Positions 1 through 9,431 of a stretch of 64,000 nt of DNA are shown one piece after another. The DNA comes from an uncultured Acidobacteriaceae bacterium. Its GTDB lineage: Bacteria > Acidobacteriota > Terriglobia > Terriglobales > Acidobacteriaceae. Location: the NCBI GenBank assembly GCA_964243475.1, contig CAXTEU010000002.1, positions 15,758 to 79,757 of the forward strand, given 5' to 3'. The notes beneath the pieces were generated by a model. That model worked only from the letters and a program-made list of their open reading frames with translations. It had not been told where the DNA came from and did no database searches. Both the position numbers and the translations under genes were made by a program. Every line of letters starts with the position of its first letter. Within the stretch, counting starts at the first letter, position 1.

Positions 1-996
1 GTGCATCAGGCGCGACGCATCGCCGATGCCGCGCGGGGAGTAGCCCCCGTAGAAGAACGGCGTTGTCAACGTTTCTCCTGGCTGGAGTCGGTAGGCGAAG
101 TCAAACGGGTTGAGTCCACCTGTCACGCGCACCTGCTGCAGCACGTCCTGCTCCACCTGAATCGCCCACGATCCACTCCACCCCAGGGCGCCAAACCAGA
201 CGTCTCCTTGCTCCTGATCTTTGTCGCTCATGTGATCGATCGCGAACCAAGGATTGTTCTGCGGACCGGTGGTGCCCCGACGGCTTTCCAGTACGGTTTT
301 TCCAGGGTTGACCGGCTGCTCCTGGACGTTCCACTCACCCGCCCATCGGCCCGTCAGATAGCGTAGGCGGTAGTCGGTTCCGCGCGGCAGATTCCACGTG
401 CCGGCCGCGACCTGCTCCAGCACGACGGGCGCCCTGGTCTTGTTCTGGATCTCCGCGCTGCGGCGGAGAATGCCCGTCTCGGCGTCGGGCTGATACTCGA
501 GCGTGACGTACACCTCGCGCTCAATGTCCTTCATCACGATGCGGAGCCGAGTTCCCTCGATGGTATGGGAGAGGTACTTCAGGACCAGGTCGCGATTTCC
601 ATCCGGAAAGGTGATCTTCAGGTCTGGCTCGACATAGATGGCGCTGCCCCAGCCGGCGTACTCGCGCGGTGTCGTGGACGCGGATGGATCGAGCCCCGAC
701 TCGTGTGGCTTCTGCCGCGGCAGATTCAGGTGATCCGCCGGTGCGAGTCGCTTGCCCCAGTAGAGCGTTTGCAGCTGCCCCGCCTCGTTGACGCCGAAGA
801 CATAGGAAACCTCTGCCGCGTCCAGACGAAAGACGTGGGTCGCGGCGTCATACCGCGTTGTCGCGGGGGGAGACTGCGCGACCCCAAAACAGGGGAAAGC
901 GGCCGCGGCCGCAAGCAGCCAAACAGCGGCTCGGGACAACTGCGGGGCGGCTTTGCAAAGGTTATGGATCATCGGAACAGATGTTTTGTTGGTCAT
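1..996 (-). CDS. Alpha-galactosidase (GH36), N-terminal part; runs off the window start
   Basis: Not in the ORF track. Manual translation from ATG 996: signal-like MTNKTSVPM..AAVWLLAAAAAFPCFGVAQ, then YAGWGSAIYVEPDLK, YLTGRWAGEW, LESRRGTTGPQNNPWF, VWFGALGWSGSW, GGLNPFDF, typical of the GH36 N-terminal domain. Confidence 0.85.
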   Translation of the reverse strand, partial: MTNKTSVPMIHNLCKAAPQLSRAAVWLLAAAAAFPCFGVAQSPPATTRYDAATHVFRLDAAEVSYVFGVNEAGQLQTLYWGKRLAPADHLNLPRQKPHESGLDPSASTTPREYAGWGSAIYVEPDLKITFPDGNRDLVLKYLSHTIEGTRLRIVMKDIEREVYVTLEYQPDAETGILRRSAEIQNKTRAPVVLEQVAAGTWNLPRGTDYRLRYLTGRWAGEWNVQEQPVNPGKTVLESRRGTTGPQNNPWFAIDHMSDKDQEQGDVWFGALGWSGSWAIQVEQDVLQQVRVTGGLNPFDFAYRLQPGETLTTPFFYGGYSPRGIGDASRLMH

Positions 997-1059
997 GCCT
1001 TCTTCTCAAAAAAAGAGTTGTGAAACGAAGGGAGAAGATGAATGCGCACGATGCGCGAG

Positions 1060-1340
1060 CGTTCTGCTCAAGATCCTTCCGCACTACCTTCTCCCGCAGC
1101 GTATCCGAAAGCACCGTTCCCTCATACAACGACGTCCCCGTGGCATAGCTATTCGTCGTGATCGCCGGCCACCGGCCGAAGAACGGGTGATCGTAAAAGG
1201 CAGGCGGCTTGGCTGTTGTTGGCTGCAGGAACTCCGCCCATGCACTCACCAGATTACATTTCGGCACACCGAACGGATCACCTTTTAGTGCGAGGGGGCG
1301 CTCGAGGTGCGAGAACTCCTGGTAAGTGAACCCCGCGCAT
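1060..1340 (-). pseudogene. Fragment resembling a GH42 beta-galactosidase trimerisation domain
   Basis: AGFTYQEFSHLERPLALKGDPF..AEFLQPTTAKPPAFYDHPFFGRWPAITTN within ORF 962-1381; no catalytic domain upstream. Confidence 0.5.
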
Positions 1341-1634
1341 CCCATAGCGGCTTTAGTTCCGACGGACGTTCCCCATGACATGGGTCTTGGTGATGAGCTT
1401 GCGCCGGTCAGTGCGTTGCCGAGGTGCTACGTCTGGAATGGCCTGCTCGACACGGGGACTATCTATTCCGCACCGCCGAACTCGACGGTGCCCCTGGACG
1501 ACATCAAGGGCTTCGCCAGCTAAACCCCGGCACCCAGCTCCATGACTCTTCCGGCCACAATGAGGAGAACGGTTCGCGGCAAGGGCGGATGGGTGACGCC
1601 CCGAACGGGCCGTGTGCTATGATTTTGGGCCTCG

Positions 1635-3398
1635 GTGAAAAACGCTGGCTTCCATACCAACTCTGAAGGAATAACCGACCCCCAGTTCGATCGCGCCCTG
1701 CGCGCGGAGGAACTCCGTGTTGAGCAAGGAGAACTCGTCCTCAAACGACGGGAGGCACGCCGGGGCATCTCCCTTATAGTCGCCCTCTCCGTCGCGGGGC
1801 TCGTTCTGATCGGCAACTTTGGGGTCATACGCGTCAACGCCGCCGCAGCGCTCGCCCAGGAGCAGCAACAGCCTGCAACTCTCGACGCGACGCTTACGGG
1901 CACTGTCGCGGACCGAGCAGGAAAGCCGATCCGCTCCGCGGCGGTGACGCTCCACACGCAAGACGGCAACAACCTGCACGCCACGACAGATGACGTTGGC
2001 CGTTTCAGCTTCCGGGATCTCCCTTTTGGCGCCGGCACCGTGAGCGCTGAGGTTTCCGGTCTGCGAAGCGTTCCCGTTGCCGTCGTGCTCACCGCGGGGG
2101 GATCGCCAATGTTACAAATCGTCCTCGAGCCGGTTCGAGCCCATTCCTCCACGTCCGCTACGCCCATGGAATTCTCCGACCAACCCAGCTTCAGCGTCGC
2201 CGGGGTCACCGACTGGACTGCCGTCGGTGGCCACGGCTCGGACGCTACCCTGCGCACCAGCGAAGAACTAGCCCGCCAGACGGTCACCTTAGGCGCACGG
2301 AAGGATCAGACAGAAGCTCCCTCTGCGCAGGATCGGGCTCGCGAAAGCACCGAAGAGGCAAAGCTCCGGGATGCGGTCGCTGCCAGCCCGGGCAGCTACG
2401 CGGCCCAGCACGATCTTGGTGAATTTTATCTCCGCACCGAACGCTACAAGCAGGCGATCGCGCCGCTCCAGACCGCGTCCGACCTCGATCAGGCAAATGC
2501 GGCGGATCAATTCGGCCTGGCCCTCGCGTACCGAGGCCTCGGCGATCTCCCGCAGGCCCGGGAGCACGTCGCTCGCGCGCTTGCCCAGCAGAAGGACGAC
2601 GCAAACTTTCACCGCGTTGCCGGTGAACTGGACGAGGCTCTCGGCGATTCTCTCCGTGCCGTACAGCAGGAAGAGCGCGCTGCACAACTTGCTCCCACCG
2701 AAGAAAATTATTTCGTGTGGGGGTCGGAACTCTTGCTGCACCGCGCGATCTGGCAGGCGGCGCAGGTCTTCGCCGGCGGTGCAAAGGCCCATCCAGCTTC
2801 CGCGCGCATGGAGACCGGCTGGGGCGCTGCGCTCTTCGCCGGTGCCCACTACGACGAGGCGGCTCAGCGCCTCTGCGAAGCTTCCGATCTCGACCCCACA
2901 CAAACCGAGCCGTACCTGTTGATCGGCAAAGTGCTCCTGGCCTCACCGGCGCCGCTCACCTGTGTCCAGGCAAAGCTTGCCCGCTTCGCTAGTACGCAGC
3001 CCAACCGCGCCGACGCCAACTATCTGTACGCCATGTTTCTGCTCAAAGAAGGCGGCACTCCCAACCTGCAGACCGCGGCTTCCCTGCTAAAAAGAGCCGT
3101 CGCGATCGACCCAAACGACTCCGGGGCGTACCTCCAGCTCGGCGTCCTCGCCTTCACCGATCGCCGATACACCGAGGCCATCGATCTGTACAACCAGGCT
3201 CTACGCGCAGACCCGCAACAGGCGGAAGCCCACTACAGGTTAGGCGTCGCATACGATCGCACAGGCAAGCCGGCCGACGCCCGGCAGCAGTTCCAGAAGC
3301 ACGATCAACTTGTCGCGGAACAGGCCGACCAGGTGGAGGCGGAGCGGCGTCAACTCAAGCAGTTCGTTGTGCTCGAAGCGAACCCGCCCCACCAGTGA
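1635..3398 (+). CDS. TPR protein with N-terminal carboxypeptidase-regulatory-like domain; start uncertain
   Basis: Hydrophobic signal/TM, LTGTVADRAGKPIRSAAVTL beta-sandwich, multiple TPRs (AHYRLGVAYDRTG). Confidence 0.85.
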   Translation: MKNAGFHTNSEGITDPQFDRALRAEELRVEQGELVLKRREARRGISLIVALSVAGLVLIGNFGVIRVNAAAALAQEQQQPATLDATLTGTVADRAGKPIRSAAVTLHTQDGNNLHATTDDVGRFSFRDLPFGAGTVSAEVSGLRSVPVAVVLTAGGSPMLQIVLEPVRAHSSTSATPMEFSDQPSFSVAGVTDWTAVGGHGSDATLRTSEELARQTVTLGARKDQTEAPSAQDRARESTEEAKLRDAVAASPGSYAAQHDLGEFYLRTERYKQAIAPLQTASDLDQANAADQFGLALAYRGLGDLPQAREHVARALAQQKDDANFHRVAGELDEALGDSLRAVQQEERAAQLAPTEENYFVWGSELLLHRAIWQAAQVFAGGAKAHPASARMETGWGAALFAGAHYDEAAQRLCEASDLDPTQTEPYLLIGKVLLASPAPLTCVQAKLARFASTQPNRADANYLYAMFLLKEGGTPNLQTAASLLKRAVAIDPNDSGAYLQLGVLAFTDRRYTEAIDLYNQALRADPQQAEAHYRLGVAYDRTGKPADARQQFQKHDQLVAEQADQVEAERRQLKQFVVLEANPPHQ

Positions 3399-3416
3399 GC
3401 CCGGTCGCCAACCCAG

Positions 3417-5201
3417 TTACAAATTCTTCTTCGATCCCGGTGTGATGATCCCTTCGCCCTCGCGAATCGTAAGAATCTGGTTCGCCTTCACGCTGCGAAA
3501 CCGCTCCACCTTTCGCGTCGTCGGCCACACCACCTCAATCACGTCCACCATCTCCGCTTTGCCCAGCCCGAAGTGCAGCCGCAGGTCGCTCTGCGACATC
3601 ACGCTCGTTCCGCTGTGTACCTCATCCATCTGCGTGTGCTTTCCCACCGTCACGCGCACCCGCGCTCCAATCGCCGTGCGGTTGCACGTCGTTCCCAGCA
3701 GCTTCAGCTTGATCCAGTTCCCTCGATTTCCACCAACGTTATGCAGCAGCGAAGGCGTGTCGTTCATATTCAGGATCAGGGCATCCATGCCGCCATCGTT
3801 GTCATAATCACCGAACGCCGCGCCACGGCTCGAGAACTGTTCGGTGATACCCGGACCCATCAACGACGAGACATCCTGAAAGCGACCGTTGCCCAGGTTG
3901 CGGTACACCAATCTCGGATTCCGAAAGCTCTGGCCGAAGTGATACGCATCGATCTCGGGGTAAACATGGCCGTTCACCTGGACGATATCGGTCCAGCCAT
4001 CATTGTCGTAATCCACAAATCCACAGCCCCACGCAACATACTGGTTGTTGCCTCCGGTCCCCGCCGGAAACGTCACATCCGTAAACGTACCATCACCATT
4101 GCTGTGGTACAGGTTCGACGTGTCATCGGCAAAGTTCGTCTTGAAAATATCGAACCAGCCATCGCAGTCATAGTCGGCCACCGCCACCCCCATGCCCGCC
4201 TGCTCGTGGCCCGCATCACTGTACGCGCATCCCGCACCCACGGCCACATCGGTGAACGTCCCGTCGTGATTGTTCTGAAACAGAATGCTCGGCTGCGAAT
4301 CCACCGCGACATAAATATCGGGCCAGCCATCATTGTCAAAGTCGTAGGAAACCGCGCTGATGGAGTACCGCGGACCAGGCTTCAGGATGCCCGACTTTTC
4401 CGAAACATCCGTAAACGTCCCGTCTCCATTGTTGTGAAACAGCAGATTCGTATCCCCCGGCAGACCTCGCGGACCGCACAGGATCGGCACACCTTTCCAC
4501 TGGCAGAAATGGGTGTCGCTGGCCGTGGGAATCTTTCCCGGATCCAACTGGAGATAGTTACACACAAACAGGTCCAGGTGGCCGTCGCGGTCGTAATCCA
4601 GAAAGGTGCAACCCGCCCCCCAACGAGTCTGCTGCTGGTGCAGCCCCGCCTTGCGCGTCACGTCAGTAAAGGTCCCGTTGCCGTTATTGTGAAACAGAAT
4701 GTTCTGTCCCCAGAAACAGCAAAACAGATCGTCCCATCCATCGTTGTTGTAATCCCCAACGCACACGCCCGTCTGCCATCCGGTCACACCCACACCCGCG
4801 CACTCCGTCACGTCCGTGAATGTTCCGTCCCGATTGTTCTTATACAGGTGCGAGGTAGGCGCCTGGCCCGCCGGCCAGTGAGCATCCAGCCGATTGCCAT
4901 TGGTCAGGTAAATGTCGAGCCAGCCGTCGTGGTCGTAATCGAAGAAGGCAAGCCCGCTGCCCTTCGCTTCAAGAATCGACCGCTTGTGGTCCACCCCGCC
5001 CCAGACGTTCGGCGCCGTCAATCCACTCTGTCGAGCCACATCCACAAACTGCACTGGCGACGCCCCCGAACCGGCTTCCTTCGCCACCTGAACCAGTGAC
5101 TGATCCCGCCACGTCCACAGCGGCGACGCCAGGGCCTCCGTCAGTGTGCTGCTGAGCAGAAACAGCGAAGAGCCAAGAAATCGTCGCCGCGGCAAAACCA
5201 T
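3417..5201 (-). CDS. CRTAC1-family FG-GAP/VCBS repeat protein with C-terminal ASPIC/UnbV domain
   Basis: Repeated DYDxDGxxD motifs; NRTAIGARVRV..SQSDLRLHFGLG; RRRFLG Tat-like signal. Confidence 0.9.
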   Translation of the reverse strand: MVLPRRRFLGSSLFLLSSTLTEALASPLWTWRDQSLVQVAKEAGSGASPVQFVDVARQSGLTAPNVWGGVDHKRSILEAKGSGLAFFDYDHDGWLDIYLTNGNRLDAHWPAGQAPTSHLYKNNRDGTFTDVTECAGVGVTGWQTGVCVGDYNNDGWDDLFCCFWGQNILFHNNGNGTFTDVTRKAGLHQQQTRWGAGCTFLDYDRDGHLDLFVCNYLQLDPGKIPTASDTHFCQWKGVPILCGPRGLPGDTNLLFHNNGDGTFTDVSEKSGILKPGPRYSISAVSYDFDNDGWPDIYVAVDSQPSILFQNNHDGTFTDVAVGAGCAYSDAGHEQAGMGVAVADYDCDGWFDIFKTNFADDTSNLYHSNGDGTFTDVTFPAGTGGNNQYVAWGCGFVDYDNDGWTDIVQVNGHVYPEIDAYHFGQSFRNPRLVYRNLGNGRFQDVSSLMGPGITEQFSSRGAAFGDYDNDGGMDALILNMNDTPSLLHNVGGNRGNWIKLKLLGTTCNRTAIGARVRVTVGKHTQMDEVHSGTSVMSQSDLRLHFGLGKAEMVDVIEVVWPTTRKVERFRSVKANQILTIREGEGIITPGSKKNL

Positions 5202-5247
5202 ACCCGGCGATTATAGGACTCGCCTGAGCGGTTCCGCTGTCGGGGTC

Positions 5248-8200
5248 TTAGGGCGCGGCGTCCAGCGTCTCCAGCCCACGTTTCGCCGCCGCGCTCTCAG
5301 GGTGCTGATGCAGCAGGTCCCCAAGCGCAGACCTCGCCTTATCCTTCTCGTGCAGCACAAGGTAGAGACTCGCCAGGTTGAGGTAGGACTGATCGAACCC
5401 TGGCACCAGGCGAATGCATGTTTGAAACTGCTGCTCCGCGCGCGGGTAATCCTGCTCCCGCACCAGAAGGACGCCCAGATTGTTCAACGCCTCCGGATAA
5501 TCCGGCCGCAATGCCACCGCCTTTTCTAAATACTCCGCCGCCGGCTGCATCTGGTTCTGCTGCGCATACAGCATGCCCAGGCTGTAATTCGCTTCCGGGT
5601 CGTCCGGCTGCAAGTTCAGAACGCTCATCAGCGAATCCTGCGCGGCCGAAAATGATTTTTGGCGCCGATACACGTTGCCCAGGTTCAGCAGCGCCGTCGC
5701 GTAGGTGGGCCGCAGCGCAAGCGATTGCTGGAAATCGCGAATTGCTTCGTCGAACCGTCCGCCCTGTGCCGCCATCATGCCCAGATTATTCCAGGCCTCC
5801 GGGTAGTTCGGCCTCAGCGCCAGCGTCCGCTCCAGATATCGCTGTGCCTCAGGAAAATTGTTCCGTCGCAAATTCAACGTGCCCAGGTTGTAGTGCGCCT
5901 CGGCGTCGTTCGGACGAGCCGCGACCACCTGTTGAAACGAGGCCGCCGCCTGCTCGTAATAGCCGTGCTGAAACATGGCCACACCCAGGGTAAAGTCGTT
6001 GCGCAAAAACTCCCCCGCATACAGCGTGCCGGCGAACGGCAAAGCCTTCTTCATCCGCTCCGCCTTGCTCCCCGGCATCCCTCGCGCATCGTCCAGCATC
6101 CGGTCCACCGCCACCGCGCCCTGGTACACCTTCACAATCAAGCCCTCGCCGTCGATCAGAAACGCCGCCGGGATCGCCAGGTTCGCCCGCCGGTCAAACA
6201 GATACCGGTACAGGATGTTGTACATCCCCGCCACGTCGTCCGTCGCAAACAGCACCGGGTACGACACCCGTTCCGCCCTGGCAGCTGCGCGCGCGGCATC
6301 GGCCGCGTCCGCCTGATCGACATTGATGGCCAACACGCGGATCTGGCTCGCAACCAGCGCCGCGCGATGCTGCTCAAGCGCCCGTAACTGCTCGCGCGAA
6401 ACCGCCGACGTCGCCGCCCAAAACTGCAGCAGCACAAGGCCGCCCCGCAAGGCGCGAAGCGCGTGCGTCGTGCCCTGCCCATCTGGCAGCACAAAGTCAG
6501 GCGCCGGCATGGGATCGATCAGCCAGGTCTCAACCGTGCTAAGCACCGGCCGCGCCACCACCGGGGACTCCGTCCGTCCCGCTTTACGGGAACCAACACC
6601 CCTCGCCGTAAACGCCTTCACCCGAAACGTCGCCGTGCCCTCCACAAGCTCCACGCGGCAGTTCCGCGGCAACTCCCGAAACGTCTGCATCAACCCGCTC
6701 GGCCATCGAACCATGGCTTCAAGAGGTCCCGTCCCGTGACCAATCCCAATCAGCAACTCCTTCGAGTGCTGCGCCAGAAAACCCGAGCCGGCCTGCACGT
6801 ACCTGGTCTGCCGCAGATCGCCAACCGTCAACGTAACCGCTGCTCCAATCGCGTCGCGATTGCTCTTTGTTCCGCGCAAGCGAAACGCAATCGAGTCGCC
6901 CAGGTCCGTCAGGGCATTACGCACAACGCGCAGCTGCGGCCCGTTGCGGTTCTTCACCACCACCTCCAGCCGCCCATCCCCATCCAGATCCGCCAGCGTA
7001 AACGATCGTCCGTCCTCCAGAAAGTCCAGCCCCACCGCGCCGGACACCTCGGTAAACGTCCCGTCGCGATTGTTCGCCAGCATCACATTCCGCTCGGATC
7101 CGCTCCACGAATTATCCGATCGGATCAGCTCGTTCAGCGCGTTCCACCCGCGCTCATACGCCAGCGAAGGCGTCGCATCCTCGGGCGATTTGCCCACCAC
7201 CTGCCGCCAGAAAAAACTCGCCAGATCGGCCTCCGCCCCCGCGGGAGCCCCAGCTGCCTCCGCAGCAGTCGGAAGCCGGTCCGGCGCACCCGCCCCCGGC
7301 TCAAGCGCCGTGATGTAGCCGTTCGTGATGTACAGGTCGAGATGACCGTCGTGATCGAAATCCCAAAAATCCGACGACCACGCCCACCGTCCCACCTCGA
7401 CCCCCGCCGCCTCGCTCACGTTCGTAAAGCTCCCATCCCCCTGATTGCGGTAAAGTGCATTTCCGCGTGCATGCCGCCGGTATAGCTCGCGCACCGCGTC
7501 CGAAGCCTTCGCCTGAAAGTTCCGCTGCCGCGAAACCCGCTGCCCCGCTGCCGACCACATGTTCGCGACATACAAATCCGACCTTCCACTGTTGCTCACA
7601 TCGCCCCAGCTTGCGCTCATGCCCGCGCCCACATCCTCCACGCGCGACTCCTTCGCAGCAGACCGAAACGTGCCATTCCCCTGGCTGCGATACAGGTTAT
7701 TGCGGCCAAAATCATTCACCACGTACAGGTCCGGCAACTCGTTCGCTCCGGTATGCCCCCATGCACACGCAAAGCTGTACCGGTCGTTATCCGCGTGTAA
7801 TCCCGCAGCCTCCGTGCGGTCGGCAAACGTGCTATCCCCTTCGTTGTGCAGCAGAAAATTCGGCGGTCCATTGCGCGCGTCAAAATAAGGCGCCGGGTAG
7901 TGATATTGATCGAGCCCCAGGTAGTAGCTGTAGACACAGAAGTAAATATCCAGCCGTCCGTCGCCGTCATAGTCGGCAATCGCCGCATGCGTAAACGTCC
8001 CTTCCGGGGGACGCGCAAACCGAAATGCATCGCGCTTCAGCGTGAACGTTCCATCGCCCCCGTTCAGAAAAAGCAGCGGCCCACTTCCGCACACCACCAG
8101 CAGATCCTGCCGCCCGACATTGCGAAAGTCCGCAAACAGCGCGCACGCCGTATTGTCGAGCACACCCACCCCGGCCCGCTCCGTCACATCCTCAAATGTC

Positions 8201-9159
8201 CCATCGCCGCGATTCCGATACAGCCGATTCGGCAGCCCCGCCGGCTGGCACACATACAGATCATCCCAACCGTCCCCGTCAAAATCTCCCGCCGCGATGC
8301 CGTTATTTCCATACACATCGATCCCGCACGCCCCATCCAGCCGCGTCCGCCACTCATCCACGCCGGGCAGCATCTGCGCCCGGTACGACTCTGTCGCTCC
8401 CAGCGCCGCTTCCGACACATCAACAAAGCCGCCCCGCACATGGGCGCGCATCTCTGACTCGGCAGCAAATCGGCTCAACCGCCACGGACTGGACTCGCCA
8501 ACGCCGCGCAACCAGACCATGCGCCACGTGCCCACCCTTTGCTCGCGCCCCCCCTCCGACCGCTGCGCGACCAGGCTGTACCGAACCGCCGTCCGTACGG
8601 TCAGCGGTGCCTGCAGCATCTCTTCGAGCGCCGTCACCTCGAACTCGACCTGCTCGGTGGCAACGCCCTTGCCCACCCAGCCCCCAAGCTCGTGCAGGAA
8701 ACCGCCCTGCTCAATCGTCATGCTGGACGAAAACTCCCGCCGAAACGTCTCAATCCCGAAGTCACCGCGCAGCCTGCTCTCCCGTACCGCAATCAGCGAG
8801 TTCGCCTGCAAATTCGGGTCAAGCGATATCTGTAACCCCGCGAGATCGCCCGTGCGAAAGCTCTCGGCCCAGCGCGCAAGCACCCGCCCGATCTCTGCGG
8901 CGTACCCCTCGGTCGCGTACTCATCCGATCCCGGCGCGACCAGCCGAAGCACATCGTCCAGCGGCGATCGCACCGGATAATGTGGGGTGTAGCGCGTATC
9001 GGCAAAAGAAAGGGGAGGAGAGGAACGAACTCCCGACGTCGCCGCTCGCGAGAAACCCAGCGAAAAGGCGGAAGGCTTAAACACCAGCGGCGCAAACGTC
9101 AAGCCCTTCAGAAGGTCTCGCCGGCTCAGGCCTCGTTCATGCCGTCGTAAATGTGCCAT
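5248..9159 (-). CDS. Multidomain protein: Tat signal, FG-GAP repeats, ASPIC/UnbV, redoxin-like domain, TPRs
   Basis: SRRDLLK; DFDGDGWDDLY repeats; NRDAIGAAV..GSGFLAQHS; APDFVLPD..VLLQFW; C-terminal TPR array. Confidence 0.9.
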   Translation of the reverse strand: MAHLRRHERGLSRRDLLKGLTFAPLVFKPSAFSLGFSRAATSGVRSSPPLSFADTRYTPHYPVRSPLDDVLRLVAPGSDEYATEGYAAEIGRVLARWAESFRTGDLAGLQISLDPNLQANSLIAVRESRLRGDFGIETFRREFSSSMTIEQGGFLHELGGWVGKGVATEQVEFEVTALEEMLQAPLTVRTAVRYSLVAQRSEGGREQRVGTWRMVWLRGVGESSPWRLSRFAAESEMRAHVRGGFVDVSEAALGATESYRAQMLPGVDEWRTRLDGACGIDVYGNNGIAAGDFDGDGWDDLYVCQPAGLPNRLYRNRGDGTFEDVTERAGVGVLDNTACALFADFRNVGRQDLLVVCGSGPLLFLNGGDGTFTLKRDAFRFARPPEGTFTHAAIADYDGDGRLDIYFCVYSYYLGLDQYHYPAPYFDARNGPPNFLLHNEGDSTFADRTEAAGLHADNDRYSFACAWGHTGANELPDLYVVNDFGRNNLYRSQGNGTFRSAAKESRVEDVGAGMSASWGDVSNSGRSDLYVANMWSAAGQRVSRQRNFQAKASDAVRELYRRHARGNALYRNQGDGSFTNVSEAAGVEVGRWAWSSDFWDFDHDGHLDLYITNGYITALEPGAGAPDRLPTAAEAAGAPAGAEADLASFFWRQVVGKSPEDATPSLAYERGWNALNELIRSDNSWSGSERNVMLANNRDGTFTEVSGAVGLDFLEDGRSFTLADLDGDGRLEVVVKNRNGPQLRVVRNALTDLGDSIAFRLRGTKSNRDAIGAAVTLTVGDLRQTRYVQAGSGFLAQHSKELLIGIGHGTGPLEAMVRWPSGLMQTFRELPRNCRVELVEGTATFRVKAFTARGVGSRKAGRTESPVVARPVLSTVETWLIDPMPAPDFVLPDGQGTTHALRALRGGLVLLQFWAATSAVSREQLRALEQHRAALVASQIRVLAINVDQADAADAARAAARAERVSYPVLFATDDVAGMYNILYRYLFDRRANLAIPAAFLIDGEGLIVKVYQGAVAVDRMLDDARGMPGSKAERMKKALPFAGTLYAGEFLRNDFTLGVAMFQHGYYEQAAASFQQVVAARPNDAEAHYNLGTLNLRRNNFPEAQRYLERTLALRPNYPEAWNNLGMMAAQGGRFDEAIRDFQQSLALRPTYATALLNLGNVYRRQKSFSAAQDSLMSVLNLQPDDPEANYSLGMLYAQQNQMQPAAEYLEKAVALRPDYPEALNNLGVLLVREQDYPRAEQQFQTCIRLVPGFDQSYLNLASLYLVLHEKDKARSALGDLLHQHPESAAAKRGLETLDAAP

Positions 9160-9431
9160 TCCTGAACAGTGTCCGCCTGATTTCCACTATAAGCGTTGAC
9201 CCTCTTCCAAACCAGGGCACGCCACCTCGGCCGAAACAGGTCAAAAATGATCCGGCGCGTTGAGTGGATTGAACGAATCTCCATCTTTCGATTGACAGAC
9301 CTGTGCCGCGCTCCTACTCTTCTCGGCGTCCGATTGCAGAGTAAATTCCGGTAGCCACTTTCTGGCAACCGCCGAACGGAAGAGCCCGGCACGAATCGGA
9401 TTGGTCGGAACGAAGTCATGGAGACGTTCAG

